Part shown: positions 27,131 through 41,827 of the stretch, one piece after another
Position numbering within the stretch: the first letter of the stretch is position 1
How the letters are laid out: the number at the start of each line of letters is the position of its first letter
Assembly: GCA_951406725.2 (NCBI GenBank)
Contig: OX597820.1
Coordinates: 70,804,001 to 70,868,000 of the forward strand
Length of the DNA stretch: 64,000 bases
Direction: 5' to 3'
From: Octopus vulgaris
Taxonomy: Eukaryota
Translations under genes and position numbers: made by a program
The notes under the pieces: generated by a model
Told to the model about the DNA's origin: nothing
The model's input: the letters and a program-made list of their open reading frames with translations, nothing else
Databases searched by the model: none

Positions 27131-29763
27131 GTTTATTACCTTTCAACATTCAAGGCCACAGGAGAGGTTAAGCACAAAAGTGAAATTAGATTCTGATCTT
27201 TTACTCTATTCACCTTTCTCACCTGGCATCTTGCCAATGGATTATTACCTTTTGCAGACACTTGAAACTGATTATACATAATATAAGATTTGTGAATCAA
27301 GAAGCCATAGTTGAAACAGTTGAGCAGCTTGTAGTCTCAAAAGACAGAGAGTTTCTTTCTTCAACATCGTGTTGACAAAAGCAATTGAATAAAGATGGAG
27401 GATAAAATAAATCTGCTTAATCCCATTTATAATTTGTTTACTTTTTCTTTTAAAATAATAATACTTCATGCAATTCATGCTTGTGTGTGAAGATGACGAA
27501 TTTTGTGATAATGTTAATGTCTACCGTCTACCCTAAGTACTTACTAATAGTATGTACCTGCTATATATATATATATATATATATATGTGTTTGTGTGTAT
27601 ATATTTGAGTATGTGTCATCATTCTCATCATTTAATGCCCACTTTTCTATACTTGCATGGGCCAGACAGAATTTGTTTTGAGGCAGATTTTCTATGGCCA
27701 GATGCCCTTCTTGTCGCCAGCTCTCACCAATATCTATGCAAGATCCTATTTTCCCATGACTAGACATATTCTCAGAGAAAACTGAAAACAAAGGGCACTA
27801 CTTGCATAACAGTGAAACTCGTTTACAGCTATTACACACTGTCAAGGTAAGGAGACACAAACATACACACATGTGGTATAGTAGCTATAACACACAGAAG
27901 GTTGTGAGTTCAAACCTTGCCAAAACTGTGTCTTTTGTGTAACCCATGTGAGCATGGATGTTAAGTGATGATGACTTTATATATATGTGTGTGTGTGAGT
28001 GCATATGGACAACAGCACAGCTCCATGACTTTTGGAAACATTTTTTCCACACTCAGAGTTGCTGAAGCATGGAACTAACTACCTGCATTAGTTGCTGACT
28101 GCAGAAACATTGCATCCTTTAAAACCTCCATGCTTCCTGAAATTTGCCAACACTACAGGTGATATATTCCTCACCTTCATACACACATGTATATCATGAC
28201 TCATACACTATTCACTTTCTTGACTTTTGTACATAATTCTATGTTCTGTACATGCACCTTTGGTGAGTTGTAGTGCACCTGAGCACTATATTCTTTTATT
28301 ATTCTTATATGCGTTTCAGTCATTTGACTGAGGCCATGCTGGAGCACTGCCTTTAGCCAAGCAAATCGAACCCAAGACTTATTCTTTGTAAGCCTAGTAC
28401 TTATTCTATCAGTTACTTTTGCCGAACCGCTAAGTTACGGGGACATAAACACACCAGCATTGGTTGTCAAACGATGTTAGGGGGACAAACTCAGACACAC
28501 AAACATATATATATATATATATATATACGACAGGCCTCTTTCAGTTTCCATCAACCAAATCCACTAACAAGGCTTTGGTTGGCCCGAGGCTATAGTAGAA
28601 GACACCTGCCAAGGTGCCACACAGTGAGACTGAACCTGAAACCATGTGGTTGGTAAACAAGCTACTTACCACACAGCCACTCCAGCACCTACATACGAAT
28701 TTCATTATTATTCCATCATTACTGAAAGGTGACATTTCACTCTGCTGATACTCCAAGAGTCACATTTAGCAAACTACATGCATAGATCTGTCGACCGTAA
28801 ATTTTTCTGGATGTCTCTTTATTTGCCACTTTCAGATTAACCACAAGCAAATCAATTCAGCAAATATTTTCTCGGAACTCTATAACAAAAAAGCTTGCTA
28901 CAACCAAACTATTCTATTAAAAAGTATAAACAGAAACATGATGTGCCATTTGAATGATACTGTATAAGAACAACAGGTCCAAGATAAACAGCATTCTGCA
29001 AAATGGAAAAAGGCTAATTTTGAAAAATACTTTACCAAAAAGAAAAAAAAGAAAAGTAAAATAAAAGTATTGTCTTCATCATTATATTTTATTTATCAAC
29101 AATAATTTTGGAATGTCAAAAATATATTATATATTATTATAAAATACAATATACCTTATAAAAATGTATAATATAAGTATATAAAAATAACAGTATTTAA
29201 ATCAAAAGTAGAGATATCTGACATTTATTTGAAAATAATGATAATAATAATAATCCTTTCTATTATATGTAAACGGCCTGAAATTTTGGGGGAAGGTTTG
29301 AGTGGATTATATCAGCCCCTGTACTTGACTCAGAACATAAAAACAGATAAAATGTCGCTAAACATTTCGTTCCTGCTGCTAATGATTCTGCTAGCTCGCT
29401 GCCTTAATAATGATGATATTAATAATAATGATGATAATAAAACAATTTAATATAGGCACAAGGCTTCAAATATTATAGGAGTTGTGGGGAAGTGTAGACC
29501 CCCCATAACAGAAACCCCTCTTGTCACATGACTAGTATGGTATGCACCTTCTCAAACTGCATCTGCGTGAAAGGCAAAAATAAAGCCTAGCAGAATTTCA
29601 AATCTGAATGTAAATAAACACCAATATACCAATTTCATCAAACCCTTACCATTTCCACCAACAATTTCATCAAACTCATTCAGTTGGTATTACTCCTCCC
29701 ACCCCTACCCCCCTGGTTTACATTGTTTATTTTTCACTCTTTTTCTTTTTTGTTTCTTCCTTC

Positions 29764-29868
29764 TTAAAGTGTCCCAATTTTCCTTCTCTCTGTAAACCAG
29801 AATACAGCTGAGACTAAAATAACTCCGGCAGCAGTTGAAATACCATAGACATCCATAGGGAAGTGACC
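29764..29868 (-). CDS. ATRAID: ATRAID exon 7, TM helix and basic tail (GHFPMDVYGISTAAGVILVSAVFWFTERRKIGTL*)
   Basis: atgcag acceptor, TM segment followed by W.T.RRK, TAA stop; spliced CDS totals 678 nt = 225 aa plus stop. Confidence 0.93.
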   Translation of the reverse strand, partial: GHFPMDVYGISTAAGVILVSAVFWFTERRKIGTL

Positions 29869-30902
29869 CTGCATTGAAAAACAAAGACAAATTAACTAAT
29901 TTGACACTAGGAAATTAAACCACAAGCTTAATGAGACACAAAAGAAAACATCGAATTCATTAAGACTTCCATTTTTTATTATATTTCTAATGAGTAGACT
30001 GCTTGTGTCTTAAATTAATTAACAATATAAACTAAACTGTCACTTTACTATCATCATTTTAACACCCACTTTATCAGGCTTGCACAAGTCAGATGGAATT
30101 TATTAACCTTTTAGTGTTTAAACCGGCTGTATCCAGCCCAAATATTCTACACATCTTGTGTGTAAACTGGCCAGAGCCAGCATCTCACACCTACCCTGCA
30201 ATGTCATTCTTAAAATAAGCAATTACATCTTTCTTATTTTGAAGCTACAAAATAATATCAGATAAATTTTTTTGAATGTGAATAAATAAGGATTATTTTT
30301 GCCATATTAATATGAATGCTAAAGGGTTAAGGGAGATTTTCTACAGCTGGATGCTCTACCTGTCAGTAACCCTCACTGGTTTTCATTCCCCCATGGCCAA
30401 ACATATTTTCATGGAAAGCTGGAAATGGATGACACTGCTTTATAAAGCTGTCCTCGTCCATATGCATCGCAAGTCCATAACCAGTGCAGTGTTTTTTCTT
30501 TGCACACAGCATCTGATTCCCCTTAATCCCAGCTTTCCAATCAGTACCTTTCTACTATGTCTTTCATGAACATCCAACAGAGTATGCTTGCTTCATGTTT
30601 GTTTTTATGACCATTTTTCTCGTACTGGTATGGGTTAGAGAAGTACTTTATTGAGGTACTGTTTTATAGTTAAATGCCCTTCCTGTCACTAACCTTTACT
30701 TGTTTTCCATATAAGGGATATTTTATTCCACATGTCTTTGAAGGGGCAAAGTCAGTATAGGGTTCACTGATGGGAAATGGCAACAATGTCATCACTAGTA
30801 GCTCAATGAGCCATGGAGGAATGCAAGTGTAAATAGACACAATATACACATACACACACATATATAAACACATATAAACATGCACACACACTCACATATG
30901 TG

Positions 30903-30945
<43 letters not shown>

Positions 30946-32180
30946 ACGTAAAAAGCACCCACTACACTCTCGGAGTGGTTGGCGCTAGGAAGGACATCCA
31001 GCTATAGAAACACTGCTAGATCAGATTGGGGCCTGGTGCAGCCTCCTGGCTTCCCAGACCCCAGTCGAACTGTCCAACCCATGCCAGCATGGAAAACGGA
31101 TGTTAAACGATGATGAGGATCACACACACACACACATACATATATATATATACAAAAGCAGGCACACACACATATCATCGTTTAACATATTTTCCATGCT
31201 GGCATGAGTATAAACATACACACACACACACATATATACTTTTTGCTCGTTTCAGTCATTTGACTGCAGCCATACTGGAGCACCACCATGAAGGGTTTTA
31301 GTCAAACAAATTAACCCCAGGACTTATTTTTGTTAAAGCCAGGTAACTATTCTATTAGTCTCTTTTGTTGAACCACTAGGTTATGGGGAAGTAAATACAG
31401 ACACAAAGGCGTGCACACACGCACAGTCGTCGTCGTTTATGTAAATATATATTACAGGCTTCTTTCAGTTTCCATCTACCTTAGCCACTCACAAGGCTTT
31501 GATCAGCCTGAAGCTATAGTAGAAGATATTTGCTCAATGTGTCACACAGTGGGACTGAACCTAGAACCATGTGGCTGGAGAGTTTTCTTACCATACAGCC
31601 ACGCCTGTGCCTGAAAACTGAGTCCAAAAATAATTGTTGTGCTTTGCAATCCTGTAGGTTCAAGTTCTGTCCCACTGTACATCACCTTGGACCTGTGTCT
31701 TTTACTATAACCCCAGGCTGACCAATGCATGGTGAGTGAATTTGGTAACTGGAAACTGTGTGGATGTCTATTGTGTATACATATATACATACATGTATGT
31801 ATGTATGTATGTATGTATGTGTGTGTGTGTGTCTTTGTTTGTACTCTGCCGCCATTTGACAACTGGTGATGGTTTGTAAAAATCCCCATAAGTCAGTTGT
31901 TCGTGTAAAAAGTGAGATGGAATTAGTACCAGACTTAACTAGTACCAGGGCCGATTTGTTCAACTAAACCATTCAAAGCAGTGCTCCAGTCTGGCCACAG
32001 TCCAATGAATGAAACAACAAAAAAAATCAAAGATAACTTAAATTTCCTTCTTAGCGGGAGAACAAAAAAAAATAAATAAATAAACCCTGGAGGCAATAGT
32101 TATAAACTCTGAAAGAGAAGGGGAGATAATTTGAAGAAATTCGGAAACAAACTCTCAATGTTAGTTCGTATCTTTTATAT

Positions 32181-32363
32181 CAGTGGCTCTCAACCATTTT
32201 TAGTCTGTGGACCATTTTGATTCTTATAACTAAATATTATTAAGAATTGTACGAAGTGGAAAAATTGTTAAAATATTTTGTGTATTGTAAGAGTATAACC
32301 AGTTTATTGCACGTAAATATTTTAACAACAAAACCTTATATGGACTCCAGTTGAGAACCACTG
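32181..32363. mobile_element. hAT (Charlie/MER5-like) MITE
   Basis: CAGTGGCTCTCAAC ... GTTGAGAACCACTG TIRs. Confidence 0.7.
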
Positions 32364-33341
32364 CTGTAGATAGGGAAAAAAAAAAGACTGAAGGTGTTTG
32401 ACCTAGTGGTCAGTTTATGACCAAAATATTGAGAGTTCAATTCTTGGATAAGGTACTGTGTTGTCCTCTGACCAAGGCTCTTCATTTCACCTTGTTCCAG
32501 TTTAATTAGCTGTTGTACAGCAAGGGTGCTTGTACAACCCACTCTCATTTCAGTTGTCATAACCAACATGTTCCAACTGGATCAAGAGCAAAGTGGCTGA
32601 GAGGACGTCCGAATCTTCTCTCAGCTACATAAGAACCAAAAACAATTAGTAAAATCATGGTTCGTATTACCAAGACATACTTGCTCACAGCTGAGGACTG
32701 GTTGTACTATTTCTGTTTGGTCTTTCTTTTTGACTAGATACAACTATAGACACGTTTCAGTCTATTAAACCTCATCATCATACCAGAGTTTAACTAAACC
32801 TACCAATAAATTTTTCTATAAAAATTGTGAAAATTCATAAATCGGTCATATGAGTTATTTCCCTTAGCTTATCTTATTTCCAATATAAGCAACATTTGTT
32901 CAGAATTTCTTATATTCTTTTACTTGTTTCAGTCATTTGACTGCGACCATGCTGGAGCACCGCCTTTAGTCGAACAAATCGATGCCAGAACCTAGTCTTT
33001 GCAAGCCTAGTACTTATTTGTACCGATGCTGGTGTGTTTACGTCCCCGTAACTTAGTGGTTCGGCAAAAGAGACCAACAGAATAAGTACTAGGCTTCCAA
33101 AGAATAAGTCCTGGGGTCGATTAAAGACGGTGCCCCAGCATGGCCGTAGTCAAATGACTGAAAAAAGTAAAAGTAAAAAGAGTAATGAGTGTCACTCAAG
33201 CCACTGATTCAATGAGTGAAGTGTAAGAGGGAAAAAGTGAGAAATGCAGGGTCACAAGGCAAATTGAAGCAAGACACACACAAAAGTGTTTTACAAGAAC
33301 ACAAACGAGAAAGGAAATGATTTCAATACTGATATACGTAC

Positions 33342-33439
33342 AGTTCTTTTGCATTTATAGCCATAATAACCTGGATCACAATGGCATTCGGCATAACCTG
33401 GTCCTCCTTTTGTGCAGTTGGAGTTTAAGGGACAACTTA
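33342..33439 (-). CDS. ATRAID: ATRAID exon 6, EGF-like domain (SCPLNSNCTKGGPGYAECHCDPGYYGYKCKRT)
   Basis: ttttcag acceptor, gtacgt donor; CP.N..C...GPG...C.C..G..GYKC.R EGF signature of ATRAID. Confidence 0.95.
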
Positions 33440-34663
33440 CTGAAAATTAAAAAGAAAACAAGAAATCAATAAATAGTAGGGTAAGCAATCCCTTGCCATC
33501 AAATTCCATCAGAATTCATATATGAAACTGCCCACTGGTAGATTAAAGTTACTGACCCCCTACCCTGGGTCGACCCCGAATGAGCAGATTTACAATCAAA
33601 ACACTCCAGTGATAACTATCACGTTTTTATTTCTAGACTACATTATCTAACGAGCCCTTCTACTTTTCAAGATGTGGAGTATGGTTTGCGAGAAATTTAG
33701 CTGCAATTTCTAGCGGATTACAAAAAAAAAAAAAAATATGTTTGTATGCATGCTACCTGAATTTGTAAAATTAAAGATTCATCATTTTTTTCAACACAGA
33801 TATGATTCTAGCAGGTTCTTATGCAACTTCAATTTGCCCTATTCTTAAACAGGTTCTCAATTTATGCATTAGAAAATAACAATCCTGAAACAATTACATA
33901 CACACACACACACACACACACCATCATTTTCATTTCCACTTTTCCATGATTGCATGGATCAGACTGAATTTACTGATACTCATTTTCTACAGCTGGATGC
34001 CCTTCACGCTAGCCCTCAACTGTTTCCAAGGAAGGTAAAATTTTTCTCTAAGACCAGATATGTTTTCACAGTTGATTGGAAATGAAGGACACTGCTTGCA
34101 TGACGGTGACACTTGTTTACAACTATACAGCAAGGAGACAGTATCTCACAGACACACACACACACACACTCTGTCACTATATAAATATATATATATATAT
34201 ATCAGTTGAATAAAGTTAAAACATGGTCTGTTTTCCAAATTTTTTTTTTAAATACCATGCTAAAAAAACCTGAAATTCAGACAATGTTTTAAAATTATTC
34301 AACTGATATATTATTCTATACACATTTACACAAATTCGGAAAAAATATATATATATTTTTGCTTTGTTTGTTCCTTCTCGAGCCACGCTTGGCTCATTGG
34401 GGCCAGTTTCCCAGTTTCCTTGGCATATAGGTTCCCCACCTGGACAGGACGCCGGTCTGTCACAGGTGAGCTGCAAGATGCAGGAGGAAAGAGTGAGAGA
34501 AAGTTGTGGAGAAAGTGTCAGCAGAAATTCGCCATTACCTTCTGCCGGAGCCACATGGAGCTTAGATATTTCACTCATAAACACACACATCACCTGTCTG
34601 AGATTCAAACCTACGATCCCTCGACTGCGAGTCCTCTGCTCTAGCCACTAGACCATGTGCCTC

Positions 34664-34730
<67 letters not shown>

Positions 34731-36516
34731 TAACACACACACACCCACACACACAGAGGACAGGCTTCTTTCAGTTTCCATGTATCAAATCCACTCACAA
34801 AGCTTTGGTCAGCCTGGGGCTGTAGAAGACACTTGACCATCTCATACATGAGGCTAATCAGCAAATTTAGAGACTGAGGAAAATAAATAATATTTGCAAC
34901 TGAATTTCAATTAGCTTTTGTCAATATATTTAAAACAAACATTCCTTATTTCATTTTCCTTCATATAAACGGATTGAGCTGGAGGAAAGGGTCCTCTGAA
35001 AACAGAGAGACTGATGACCATCGTGGTTAATGTTTGTTGTGCAAGAAAACATGTACACTGTAAAAATTCTAGAAAAGTGATGTTCAAGGAAAGAAGGACT
35101 GGAGGGGCTGATCGGTGGATAGACAAGTGATTCGGGTGTTCTTGGATAGAAGTGGAACAAGACTAACCAGTTTCAAGCAGTAACAAATGCGGAAAGAGAG
35201 GAAATAGGACATCTGTGAATCAGGGGCTGATGAAGGACTCCATGTCAGTCTGCCAAGTGGTTGGCCACTGGACACAGTCACTGAGGACCATGAAGAAACT
35301 CTAGAGAAGGTAAGTAGTTGTTGGTCTCTGAAGAAGAAAGCCAGCTTTTGTGATGCAGTGTCATCATCATCATCGTTTAACGTCCGCTTTCCATGCTGGC
35401 ATGGGTTGGACAGTTCAACTGGGGTCTGGGAAGCCCAAAGGCTGCACCAGGCCCAGTCAGATCTGGCAGTGTTTCTACAGCTGGATGCCCTTCCTAATGC
35501 CAACCACTTCGTGAATGTAGTGGGTGCTTTTTACGTGCCACCGACACAGGTGCCAGACGAGGCTGGCGAACGGCCACGCTCGGATGGTGCTTTTTACATG
35601 CCACCAGGACGGAGGCCAGGCAATGCGGCGCTGGCTACGGCCATGTTCAGATGGTTCTCTTACGTGCCACCGGCACTGGTATCACAACAACAAATTCCAT
35701 TGATGTTGATCGATTTCGATTTTCACTTGCCTCAACAGGTCTTCACAAGTAGAGTTTTGTGAAATCAAATCTAATTACTCAAAGACAATTCTCCTTCACC
35801 ATTCACTGGTATTTAATTGCCAATCCATTTATGCTATTTTGATAAATAAGGAAAAGAAGGAACTACAATATGGTATGTCAATTTTTTAGAAATAATAGTG
35901 AAATTATCCCAAATCACAGACTATTATCTCAAAAAGGGAAGATGTGTATCCAGGTTAATGTAGACCTGTATAGGCTTTGATTGAACCAATGGTTGTGAAT
36001 CTTGCCACTAAGAAACTCTATTATTTAAATGAAAAATGAATATTCCTAAAGATCCCAGGTTTTTGAACAGTTTGCATCCTCAATAAGTTTATCTTATTAA
36101 CACCAAACTCATTTTCCCAATTTCTTCTCTCATTTGAAATATTTGAGTAACTGAATAACTAAATGTAACTGAGTAATTACATATTTTCAACTGCAGCCTT
36201 TTGAAATTATCTTAAACAGTTCACAAAGCCTCAAGGTACAACCTACAGTCTACAGCTCAATGTTGGGAACAGATGACTTTATCAAAGATGAGGTAATGAT
36301 GGCCTAATGGTCTTCATTCACAGATCTACTTGATCAAGATTCACCTGAGATGAAAGTACAAAGTACAGGAGAAGCCACACAAATTATACAGATCCACACA
36401 TCACACCTGAAAGTATTTTAGTTTCTATCAATCTATATCATCATCATCATCATCATTGGGACATCTCTTTTCCCTGCTTGCATGGGGTCAAATAGTTTTA
36501 TTGTGACAGATTTTCT

Positions 36517-37050
36517 GTTAAGTTAAGTTAATTTTTGGGCTCAAAAAGCAAATAGCAAGGCCATGTAGGGGGACATGGAGTTATGTACAGGGTGGTGTTC
36601 ATGCAAAGAGTTCAGGCCATTTCTGGTCAAGAGAGACTTTGAACCGAGCGGTCATCGGCATCTTCACTATCTCGTCCGGCAGCTTATTCCACGGATACAC
36701 AACCCGGACAGAGAAAGCCCCTCTCCTTCGATTGAGATGAAATCGTCGCAGATAGAGCTTTTCGGAGTGACACCGCAGCCAACGCTCTGGAGCAGGATTG
36801 AAGAACAGCTCTTTCAAAAGGTTACACTTTCCGCTTATGATGTTGTGAGCAAGAATGAGATCACCACGGCGTCGTCGTTTTTCTAGAGAATAAAGGTCGA
36901 GCGTCTTCAGCCTTTCTTCATAAGACAAATGCTTGAGACCAAGAACCATGCGGGTAGCCAGCTTCCGGACTCTTTCGAGATGATGTATGTCTTTGAGGAG
37001 ATAAGGAGAAGAGGCTTGAATCCCGTACTCCAATATGGGTCTCACCAACG
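36517..37050 (-). mobile_element. 5'-truncated CR1-type LINE 3' end with (TTAAC)n tail, inserted into a SINE
   Basis: VRPILEYG, LSYEERL..LDLYSLEKRR.RGDLI, FSVRVV.PWNKLP; host SINE resumes after 37055. Confidence 0.9.
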
Positions 37051-37685
37051 AAGTGGTCTGGTGCTTTTCCTGTCACCAACCTTGACCTGTTTCCAAGCAA
37101 ACTAATATTACCCCATGTCAAACATGTTTTTGCAGAATATCAAAAAGGAATGACACTACTCCTATGGCAGTGACACTCATTTATAACTATCCCACAATGT
37201 CAAGACAAAGGGACACACAAAAACATAGAAATATTTATCATCATCATCATCATTTAGCATCTGCTTTGCATGCTAGCATGGGTTGGACAGTTTGACAAGA
37301 GTTGGTAAGGTTGTGGGCCACACCAGGCTCCATTGTCTGTTTTGGCATGGTTTCTACAGCTGGATGCCCTTCCTAATGCCAACCACCTTACAGGGCTTTT
37401 TTCAGTTACCATCTACCATATTCACTCACATGGCTTCGTGCAAAACAAAAGCTAAACTACTGGAGTCACAGACTACATATCTATAAATTCAAAACACACG
37501 TAGCAAGACTTGCTTTATTCCAAGGTGAAACACATATCAGCTTCTTTCAGGCAATTTAACACAAACGAAATTTGACACTTTTACTTCGCACATGAATGAT
37601 TAACAGTACTTTGGTAATCCAAAGCCTTCATGCATGGGAAGAAAAGAGGAAATTAAAGTAGGTGGGGAAAAAATTGATTCCTTAC

Positions 37686-37804
37686 AATTGTAAAATATAC
37701 AGGTATTAACTTGGTCTATGCATTCGACATAATCTGCATGTACTGTAATATTATCCCACATGTCAGCACCACCAGGGCAGGAACTGTTGATATTTGGAAG
37801 AGAT
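37686..37804 (-). CDS. ATRAID: ATRAID exon 5 (SLPNINSSCPGGADMWDNITVHADYVECIDQVNTCIFYN)
   Basis: CPGGxxxW...C..Q...C motif typical of ATRAID; AG/GT boundaries keep the frame (phase 2-1). Confidence 0.93.
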
Positions 37805-37887
37805 CTTCAGAAGTAAAAAAAAAAAAAAAGAAAATATTAATAATTAATTATATCATGATAATTTTGAAGAAAAACGTTAAAAAAATC

Positions 37888-38365
37888 ATGAGGAGGGGGA
37901 GGAAGTGGAAAATGAAGGATGAGGAGGAAGGGGAAGATGAAGGATGAGGAGAGGGAAGAAGAGGAGGAAGAAGTGGAGGAGGAAGAAGTGGGGGAGGAAG
38001 AGGTGGGGGAGGAAGAGGTGGGGGAGGAAGAAGTGGAGGTGAAAGAAGAGGAGTAGGAAGAGGAGGTGGAAGAAGAGTAGGAGGAAGAGGAGGTGGAAGA
38101 AGAGGAGTAGGAGGAGAGGAGGTGGAGGTGGAAGAAGAGGAGTAGGAGGAAGAGGAGGTGGAAGAAGAAGAGGAGTAGGAGGAAGAGGATGTGGAAGAAG
38201 AGGATGAATAAGAAGAGGAGGTGGAAGAAGAGGAGGTGGAAGAAGAAGAGGGTGGAAGAAGAAGAGGAGGTGGAAGAAGAGGAGGTGGAAGAAGAAGAGG
38301 AGGTGGAAGAAGAAGAGGAGGAAGAAGAAGAAGAAGAGGAGTAGGAGGAAGTGGAGGAGGACGAT
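37888..38365. repeat. Degenerate (GAG/GAA)n purine tract
   Basis: ~480 bp almost pure purine on +, within ATRAID intron 4. Confidence 0.9.
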
Positions 38366-40059
38366 GACAAGTTTCTTTGCAGCCAAATAGTTCCAGATTT
38401 GACCCCAACTCTGCAGCACCCGACCGTAACCCTTGATTAGTATCTTGTGATAAATGAAATAGCAAAAGTTTAAAGTATAAAAATATGTGACACCATGCTC
38501 TGCTTCATGTCTATTTGGGAGCATAAATGTGGAGGAAATGCAACGGAAAGAGACAAGCTTTTGTCATGTTACCAACGATATTCATTTGCTATATTAAGTT
38601 TACTTTCTTTTTGAAAAGGATTAAAATTTAAAAAAAAAAAAAAACAGTAAACAGAACTTCGACAAAATGGTTACTAAATGTGATGGTATCAGATCTTGTT
38701 TTTCTTTTCTTTTTTTTTTTTTTCATTTCCCGGGAATAAAGACGGTTGGTTTGAAGCAAATAGAGAAGGGGGGGATCACAGCAGTGAAGGGAGGCTACTC
38801 TTGCATGTTGAAAATTCAAATGGTTTGAACAACAGTTAGGAGAAAATACTTATAATATATCTTCTATCTAGTCGGCGAGTTGGCAGAAACGTTAGCAAGC
38901 GGGCGAAATGCTTAGAGGTATTTCGTCTGTCTTTACATTCTGAGTTCAAATTCCGCCGAGGCCGACTTCGCCTTTCATCCTTTTGGGATCGATAAATTAA
39001 ATACCAGTTGCGTACTGGGGTCGATCTAATCGACTGGGCTGCTCCCAAAAAATTTCGGGCCTTGTGCCTAGAGTAGAAAAGAATATACCTTTTTATCTTT
39101 TATCTATTACTTGTTCAATAAGTCAATATGATTGAGTTAATAAGATGCTATTCTCTGAATGCTCCCCACCCCAGAAAAAAGAAAAAAAAAACGGAAAGTA
39201 ATGTCAAATATGACAGGATTTGAACCCAGAACATAAAGACATGTAAATGAATATAGAAGTGTCTGATGTCTTCTCAACTTTGCTATCTACAACTTCTATG
39301 AAGGTGAATGGCTTAGTGGTAAGGGTATTCAGCTTGCAATCATAAGGTTGTGAGTTCAATTCTTGGTGGCAGCATGTTATGCTCTTGAGCAAGACATTTT
39401 ATTTCATGTTGTTCCAGTCCAATCAGCTGGCAAAAACGAGTAGTACCAGTAATTCAAAGAGCCATCCTTGTCGCACTCTGTGTCATGCTGAATCTCCCTG
39501 GAAACTACATTAAGGGCACAGGTGTTTGTGGAGCGCTCAGCCACTTGCCCATTAATTTCACAAGCAGGTTGCCCCACTGATTGAACCAACTGGAACACTC
39601 ATTATAACTGACCGTGTGCCAGTATCTACAATGGCCTTTGTGAAATTTTAAAGAACATCTTTAACAGAATGAGGCAATTGGATGCAACTATTTTCACACT
39701 GAAGACTTGGCATGGATGAGTGGACTTTCAGTATGTTTTGATGACAGTACTGTTTGGCATTGAACACACACACACACACAATATAAGGATACAGACAAAA
39801 TGAGTGGAAGAGAGAAACATTACCATCTATTAATGGAACACTTTCCCTCTCGTCATACACAGGGAAATAAACAGACAAATTGAGAAAGAGAGAGAGAGGA
39901 TGAGGGAGAATGAGAGAAACATTTAGAACGTCTGATGTCAAATATGTCACTATCAAACCAATGATGCCAAATTGGCAAACTGGTGCCAAAACAGCTGTGC
40001 CAAAACGTCTCACAGCCCATCTTTAATATTCATAAAAACGTTTGTGGTTGTTATTTTTC

Positions 40060-40099
<40 letters not shown>

Positions 40100-40182
40100 C
40101 TAAAGAGAATTAATTATCAGTGGTTCCCATTTACAAAGTAAAAAAAAATTCAGATTCCAAAATTGAGAAAATTCAAACTTAC

Positions 40183-40254
40183 AAATAATTTAATGATTTC
40201 AGACCAAAGAAATCTATTTTTTCATAGCTTGTAAATTCATTATTTTCTAATGTT
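40183..40254 (-). CDS. ATRAID: ATRAID exon 4 (TLENNEFTSYEKIDFFGLKSLNY)
   Basis: 72-nt phase 2-2 LRR-type exon, ttgcag acceptor, gtaagt donor. Confidence 0.9.
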
Positions 40255-41752
40255 CTGCAATAATAAAAAAAAATTTTTTTTAATTATATTTTAACAGTTA
40301 TATAGAAAATATCTTAAAATTTATGACTGATATTGTAAAAGCAATATTTGCATTATAAGAAATTTAATTCATCTTCATTGTATCTTGGTAGGGTCATTAT
40401 GCCAATAATAAACACACACACACACTGGCTCTATTTCACTTATCTTTTGTCTTTTAATTGTTTCAGTCATTAAACTGCAACTATGCTGGAGCACTGTGTT
40501 GAAGAATTTTAGTTGAAAGTATCAACTATAGGACTTTAAAACCTGAACTTATTCTATCAGTCTTGTCTACTGAACCACAATGTTATGGGAATGTAAACAC
40601 CAACACCAGTTGTCAAGTGGTTGATGGGGACAAAGTCACACACACACACACACATTTACAATAATGGGCTTCTTTCAGTTTCTGTCTCTCAAATCCACTC
40701 ACAAGGGTTTGGTCGCCCGAGGCTATAGTAGAAAATACTCGCCCAAGGTGCCATGCAGTGGTATTGAACCTAGAACCATGTGGTTGGGAAGCTAGCTTTT
40801 GACCACACAGACACTTCTTTCTCTTATTTGTCAATATGCTAACATTTAACCTATTAATCAATCGTTTCATTACTCAATCAGACAGACAATCAATCAATCA
40901 GCTAGGCTTGTCAAAGTCTTTTCATCATCATCCATAACCTCTTCAATGCCCACATTCTTATTCACATCCTTACAAATATAGCACCTGTAAACTGACAGAA
41001 AAATAGACAGACCCGAAACAGACCTGGAGTAGAGCTGGCTTGTTATTGATGAGATTGCAAGTGGCAATGAAAAGACATTGAAAAAGCCTACCAGATTGCT
41101 TGACTGTCCAAATGGTTAATCAAACAATCAGTTAAATATTTAATCAACTGACAAATAAAAATAAAGAAGTGAAATACAACTAGTGCATGTGTTTATTATT
41201 GGTATAATGACCCTCCCAAGGTATGAGAAAATCTCTTTCAACACATGAGTTCACATTAAGAATCACCCAAAGAACTCTGTATAGTGGTTGGCATTAGGAA
41301 GGACATCCAGCTGTACAAAAAGAAAATCATGCCAATAGACAGTGGAGCTTAGCAAAGTACCAGCTCCTGTCAAACTGCCCAACCCATGCCAGATGGATGT
41401 TAGATAAAGATGATTGTGGTGGTGGTGGTGATGGTGATGATGATGGTGATACTAGCAAACAAAATACAAAAACAAAAAATTCATTTTCTCTTTCAGCATA
41501 GATGACGTATTAATTCATGTTTTAGCTCATGAAGTTTTAATTACAATCCACAGTATGTATTTCACTGTGTATTTAATCAATTTATAAGAATTCAACATAC
41601 ATACAGGAGTGTATATAAACCCTTAAAAGAAAAATAAATAAGCATTTGCAACATAAGGAAATTACTTTTTATCTCGAAAAAAGCCCAAAACCAGAGCTAA
41701 GAACCAACCCTAACAAGCATTGAAGAGATTGTAGCCACTTTAGGAAACTTAC

Positions 41753-41827
41753 AAAATGTCCATGTCTAAATATTCCTCAAACATTTTGCCGTGCAATTCT
41801 TTTATTTTGCAACCAGTTAAATCAAGT
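41753..41827 (-). CDS. ATRAID: ATRAID exon 3 (LDLTGCKIKELHGKMFEEYLDMDI)
   Basis: tttcag acceptor, gtaagt donor, phase 2-2; GLDLxxC LRR-like motif. Confidence 0.92.

Noticed and set aside
37837-38524. Ser/Pro/Leu-rich 177-212 aa ORFs
   Set aside because: Low-complexity purine tract inside an ATRAID intron
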